Source: a virus
IMG/VR virus record: IMGVR_UViG_3300020180_000017
Location: 8,552-72,551 of that record
Direction: 5' to 3' (one strand)
DNA: 64,000 bases
Program-made: the position numbers and the translations under genes
Shown here: piece by piece, positions 60,701 to 64,000 of the stretch
How positions within the stretch are numbered: the stretch's first letter is position 1
How the letters are laid out: each line of letters opens with the position of its first letter
The notes under the pieces: model-generated
The model's database searches: none
What the model was told of the DNA's origin: nothing
What the model saw: only the letters and a program-made list of their open reading frames with translations

Positions 60701-60823
60701 GAGTTAAGTGGCGGAATTGGTATACGCAGTGGTATGTTAAATGTGGAAATAGACATAATTCCTAATCCTTTATAAGGACTATCTGCTTGTCTTTTACTGT
60801 AGGTTCGACTCCTACTTTAGCTC
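60701..60823 (+). ncRNA. tRNA-like RNA with Leu-type D arm and expanded, branched anticodon region
   Basis: AGTTAAG/TTTAGCT acceptor, TGGCGGAATTGGTATACGC D arm, GTAGG-TTCGACT-CCTAC T arm. Confidence 0.7.
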
Positions 60824-60856
60824 CAAATAAAAATAACAATTTAACAAACAATAATT

Positions 60857-61498
60857 ATGACAACTAAAACATTAAATGTAGTAATGATTGCTACTAATGA
60901 ATCAACTAATATAGTATTAAATACTATTAATAATAGATTGTTATTAGATAATGATAAAACATTAGTTGAAAGAATATTACCTATTCATGGAAAACATCAA
61001 CATTTATATTTTACAAGTGAGGATGAAATTCAAGATTTGGATAATTTTGGTATAACTATTCCTTTGTTGTTTATTAATGATAACAATTCAATAAAAGTAA
61101 TTACTTATTCAAATAAAAGAATTGGGGACTATTACGAAATCGAAGCTACAACAAATAAATCATTACAAGTTAATTGTGACGGTAAATGTGCTAAATATGA
61201 AGGTATTTGTTCATTTCCTCAAATACCACAATCATTCATAGAAGCTTATATTAAAGCTTATAACGAAGGTAATCCTATTTTAACAGTTGATGTTGAAACA
61301 GAAGAATATGATACTATAGTTAAAGATTTTAAAGATATTAGAATCAAAACTAATTCAGCTAATGAAGTTATTATTGTTGAACCTAAACTTTATACTAAAG
61401 GAGATTTAGTTAATTTTGGCAATGATGTATATTCTAAATTTACAAAAAACATATCAATGAATGATTTTGTCAACAATTGGATTGAAAACAATCTTTAA
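60857..61498 (+). CDS. Phage hypothetical protein
   Basis: 213 aa; QHLYFTSEDEI...PQIPQSFIEAY. Confidence 0.65.
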   Translation: MTTKTLNVVMIATNESTNIVLNTINNRLLLDNDKTLVERILPIHGKHQHLYFTSEDEIQDLDNFGITIPLLFINDNNSIKVITYSNKRIGDYYEIEATTNKSLQVNCDGKCAKYEGICSFPQIPQSFIEAYIKAYNEGNPILTVDVETEEYDTIVKDFKDIRIKTNSANEVIIVEPKLYTKGDLVNFGNDVYSKFTKNISMNDFVNNWIENNL

Positions 61499-61499
61499 A

Positions 61500-61905
61500 A
61501 GCGTTTCCTAAAGTGTTTAGTTGTAATTAAAATGGAATAGCTGACCAACTACGCAAGACAGCTCTGGTAACTGACTCTTAACTGAGAGGTTATTACTCAA
61601 GTGTCTATTCACGCAATGTTGAGTATTGGTATTACAATTAACTTCGATGGGTATTCCTATTACAGTATAAATTCTAATAGTTTAAGAAACTAACGCTGCT
61701 TCATTTTAGGAGCAAGGTATGATATAAAGATTTGTATGTGTATGCTTTCAATAGCAAGTAGGAACTATTATTACAATAAGGTCGTGATGACTATCAAGAT
61801 GAAAGTAATTAATTCATCAACGTGTAAATACTATTAATGTTTAGCAAGAAATAGTGTAGCAGTAAATAGATAAGTCCATAGTGAATACAGCGTTTATTGT
61901 AGTAT
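61500..61905 (+). ncRNA. Large structured ncRNA(s), two multibranch domains
   Basis: AGCGTT/AACGCT, TTAGTTGTAAT/ATTACAATTAA, TACTCAA/TTGAGTA, ATTACAATAAG/TTTATTGTAGT, GATGAA/TTCATC; no ORF of 60 aa or more. Confidence 0.5.
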
Positions 61906-61944
61906 TTTTTAAACATAATTAATAACAAACTAAAAACAAAAATT

Positions 61945-62418
61945 ATGAAAACAGACATTATTGTGGAAAACCTTAAATCAGGTGATAAACTTTATTCAAC
62001 AATACATGGTATTGTTGTACTTAAAGAAATTCTAAACAGTGAGTATTACCCAATAGAAACTATTGATAAAAATGGAGATCTAAGAACTTTTAATTTAGAA
62101 GGAAAATATATAAATAGTCTCCTTAACCCAGTTCTCTTTAAAAAAAATCCTTTTAAAGAAAAGGAAAGAGTTGTCCTTGTTAGACAATTTAATGGTCTTT
62201 ATTATCCAAGAGTTCTTCTATCAATTAAAAATGGTATGGCTATTTGTTGGAATGGCGCTACAACAATTAAAGAAGCAAAAAATATAATGGAAACTACTTC
62301 TTGGAATGATTGGAAAGAAATAGAAGAAACTCTAGAAATAGTAGAACTCACATTCCAAGACATATCTAATGGAAAAGGCGTTGAAGTTGACCCAAAACTT
62401 ATTAAAATAATACTCTAA
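61945..62418 (+). CDS. Hypothetical protein (SH3-like N-terminus)
   Basis: LKSGDKLYSTIHG...YPI...FNLEGKY. Confidence 0.6.
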   Translation: MKTDIIVENLKSGDKLYSTIHGIVVLKEILNSEYYPIETIDKNGDLRTFNLEGKYINSLLNPVLFKKNPFKEKERVVLVRQFNGLYYPRVLLSIKNGMAICWNGATTIKEAKNIMETTSWNDWKEIEETLEIVELTFQDISNGKGVEVDPKLIKIIL

Positions 62419-62438
62419 AACATACAATATAAAAAGTT

Positions 62439-62969
62439 ATGAAAACAATAATAACATACAAATCTGTATTAAATAATCTAACCTTAAAAAATAGAAATAA
62501 AGCTTTTAATAAACTTAATGATAAAACACAGAGGCTAGAGATAGCCTGGGATGCTTTAAACTTAGTTTTAAATGGTTCTATTAAACCAAATACAAATACT
62601 TATTGGAGTAAAGACTTAAAAAATATTAAAGGAGATAGTAAAATGCTTCAAAAAACTTTAAATAGTAAAAAATTTTACAAAGAAAATTCATGTGAAGTTT
62701 GTCAAAGAGGTTTAATGATGGTTTCTCAAATAAGATTAGGAAATTCTATTGATTCTGAAGATATATATAAAAATGATGGTCATAAAAATAATATAAAAGG
62801 TTTTTCTATAAAGTCTTTTACAAAAATGGAAGAAGAATATGAAAATTGTAATTTTAATCACCCTTATTTTGATAAAACAAAAGAAAAATTAGCAAATATT
62901 TGTTGTAATATTATTGTTAATGGTGATTTTAATATTAAAGATAGAACAGATTATTTACTTTCAAAATAA
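62439..62969 (+). CDS. Phage protein with CxxC
   Basis: RLEIAWDAL...CEVCQRG...NIIVNG. Confidence 0.6.
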   Translation: MKTIITYKSVLNNLTLKNRNKAFNKLNDKTQRLEIAWDALNLVLNGSIKPNTNTYWSKDLKNIKGDSKMLQKTLNSKKFYKENSCEVCQRGLMMVSQIRLGNSIDSEDIYKNDGHKNNIKGFSIKSFTKMEEEYENCNFNHPYFDKTKEKLANICCNIIVNGDFNIKDRTDYLLSK

Positions 62970-62990
62970 AACAATTTAAACTCAAATGTT

Positions 62991-63188
62991 ATGTCAGAAT
63001 CACATCAAATGTTTAAGCATTTTAAAAAATTGCAAGAGCAAAAAGAAAAAGCTGTTAAAAGAAATAGTAAATATGTAGAAAGCTACGAAAAAGATGAAAG
63101 AATTGCTCGTTTTGAATGGAAAGAAAAAGAACGAGAAGAAGATAATGATAGAGATAGAACAGACAAACTGTTTGGAAACATTTATTAA
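62991..63188 (+). CDS. Small charged hypothetical protein
   Basis: 65-aa ORF in the plus-strand gene run. Confidence 0.55.
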   Translation: MSESHQMFKHFKKLQEQKEKAVKRNSKYVESYEKDERIARFEWKEKEREEDNDRDRTDKLFGNIY

Positions 63189-63207
63189 CAATTTAAACTT
63201 AATTATT

Positions 63208-63417
63208 ATGTTTCAACAAATTTTATTATCACTTACTTTTGTATTTGGAGTATTATCAATGCTTACATACACACTTCTATTTAAAAAAAATATAAGCGGG
63301 TTTTTTGATAGTATCTTTCTTTCAAAAACACCAGAGTTTTTTAAGTGGTTAGATATTATAATACTTTTATTTTCATTGTGTTACCAATCTTGGTATTGGC
63401 TATTTCAAAGTAAATAA
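63208..63417 (+). CDS. Small two-TM membrane protein
   Basis: Start reassigned to MFQQILL. Confidence 0.55.
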   Translation: MFQQILLSLTFVFGVLSMLTYTLLFKKNISGFFDSIFLSKTPEFFKWLDIIILLFSLCYQSWYWLFQSK

Positions 63418-63433
63418 TTTAAACTTAATTGTT

Positions 63434-63718
63434 ATGCCTATTTACACAGGGAGATCAGCAGATGGATGGGATGCCAGAGAAGTACAAGGTATGTTTATAT
63501 CAGAAGATGGTGAAACATGGTCTAACGAACCATTTACACAAGAACAAATACAATCTGATAGAGAATACAAACGCATCACTAAAATAATAGATGAAATACA
63601 TTTAGTAATGAGTGGAAAGTTTACAATTCAAGATATTTATAACAAAATTATAAATAAACAACCTACCATGCTATCTGCTAGATGTAAACAATATGTAATT
63701 AATTTAATTAAACACTAA
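63434..63718 (+). CDS. Hypothetical protein
   Basis: 94-aa ORF. Confidence 0.6.
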   Translation: MPIYTGRSADGWDAREVQGMFISEDGETWSNEPFTQEQIQSDREYKRITKIIDEIHLVMSGKFTIQDIYNKIINKQPTMLSARCKQYVINLIKH

Positions 63719-63737
63719 AATTTAAAAATAAAACACA

Positions 63738-64000
63738 ATGAGTAACACAGATTTAAAACTAACAAAAGAGCAATTGCAAAAACAACTAAATGCTATTGCT
63801 ATCCAAGAAAGAAAAGAGTTAATTGAAACACACTACTCTGAATTTAAAAAGTATGAGGGTAGATATTTTAAAGTTAAAAATTCTTACGGTAAAGTTGAAA
63901 AGCGGTCTGATTACTGGTGGCTTTATATAAAAGTTATACAAATAAACCCTGACGATGTTTACGATAACGGCAAAGATGTTAATTGTCATTGCAAAGTTTA
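63738..64000 (+). CDS. Hypothetical protein, truncated by the window end (MSNTDLKLTKEQ...)
   Basis: Open frame to the end of the window. Confidence 0.55.
   Translation, partial: MSNTDLKLTKEQLQKQLNAIAIQERKELIETHYSEFKKYEGRYFKVKNSYGKVEKRSDYWWLYIKVIQINPDDVYDNGKDVNCHCKV

Noticed and set aside
60556-60765. 69-aa plus-strand ORF
   Set aside because: It has a GTG start and overlaps both the rRNA-mimic and the tRNA-like RNA, which explain the sequence better.
63000-63191. 63-aa minus-strand ORF
   Set aside because: It is a Phe-rich antisense shadow of the plus-strand gene.
1-64000. Stop-codon reassignment as in some crAss-like phages; CRISPR array
   Set aside because: Genes are full-length in the standard code, with TAG and TGA used as stops, and no suppressor tRNA was seen. 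No regularly spaced repeat array was found.

Overview
This window is about 64 kb of an AT-rich crAss-like (Crassvirales / phi14:2-related) phage genome. The host is probably Bacteroidota, judged from TAnnTTTG / TTTG promoters and a DUF1573 gene, and the standard genetic code is used. The minus strand (1-55937) is the virion/late block: a giant virion RNA polymerase (DFDID motif, truncated by the window edge), ejected cargo proteins, muzzle/ring tail proteins, Cys-rich fibre proteins, major capsid protein, a free-standing GIY-YIG endonuclease, portal and terminase. An accessory island sits inside this block, with a metallophosphoesterase, tRNA-Arg(UCU) and a minimal 409-aa leucyl-tRNA synthetase behind a long structured leader. 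The plus strand (56089-end) carries small early-type ORFs interleaved with structured non-coding elements. The most striking is an RNA at 60403-60664 that reproduces the L11-binding GTPase-associated centre of 23S rRNA (H43/H44), with compensatory base-pair and base-triple changes and a 186-nt insertion. It lies between two aberrant tRNA-like RNAs and next to large multibranch RNAs, suggesting a phage array of translation-machinery mimics. All calls are from motif recognition and manual folding; no database searches were run.
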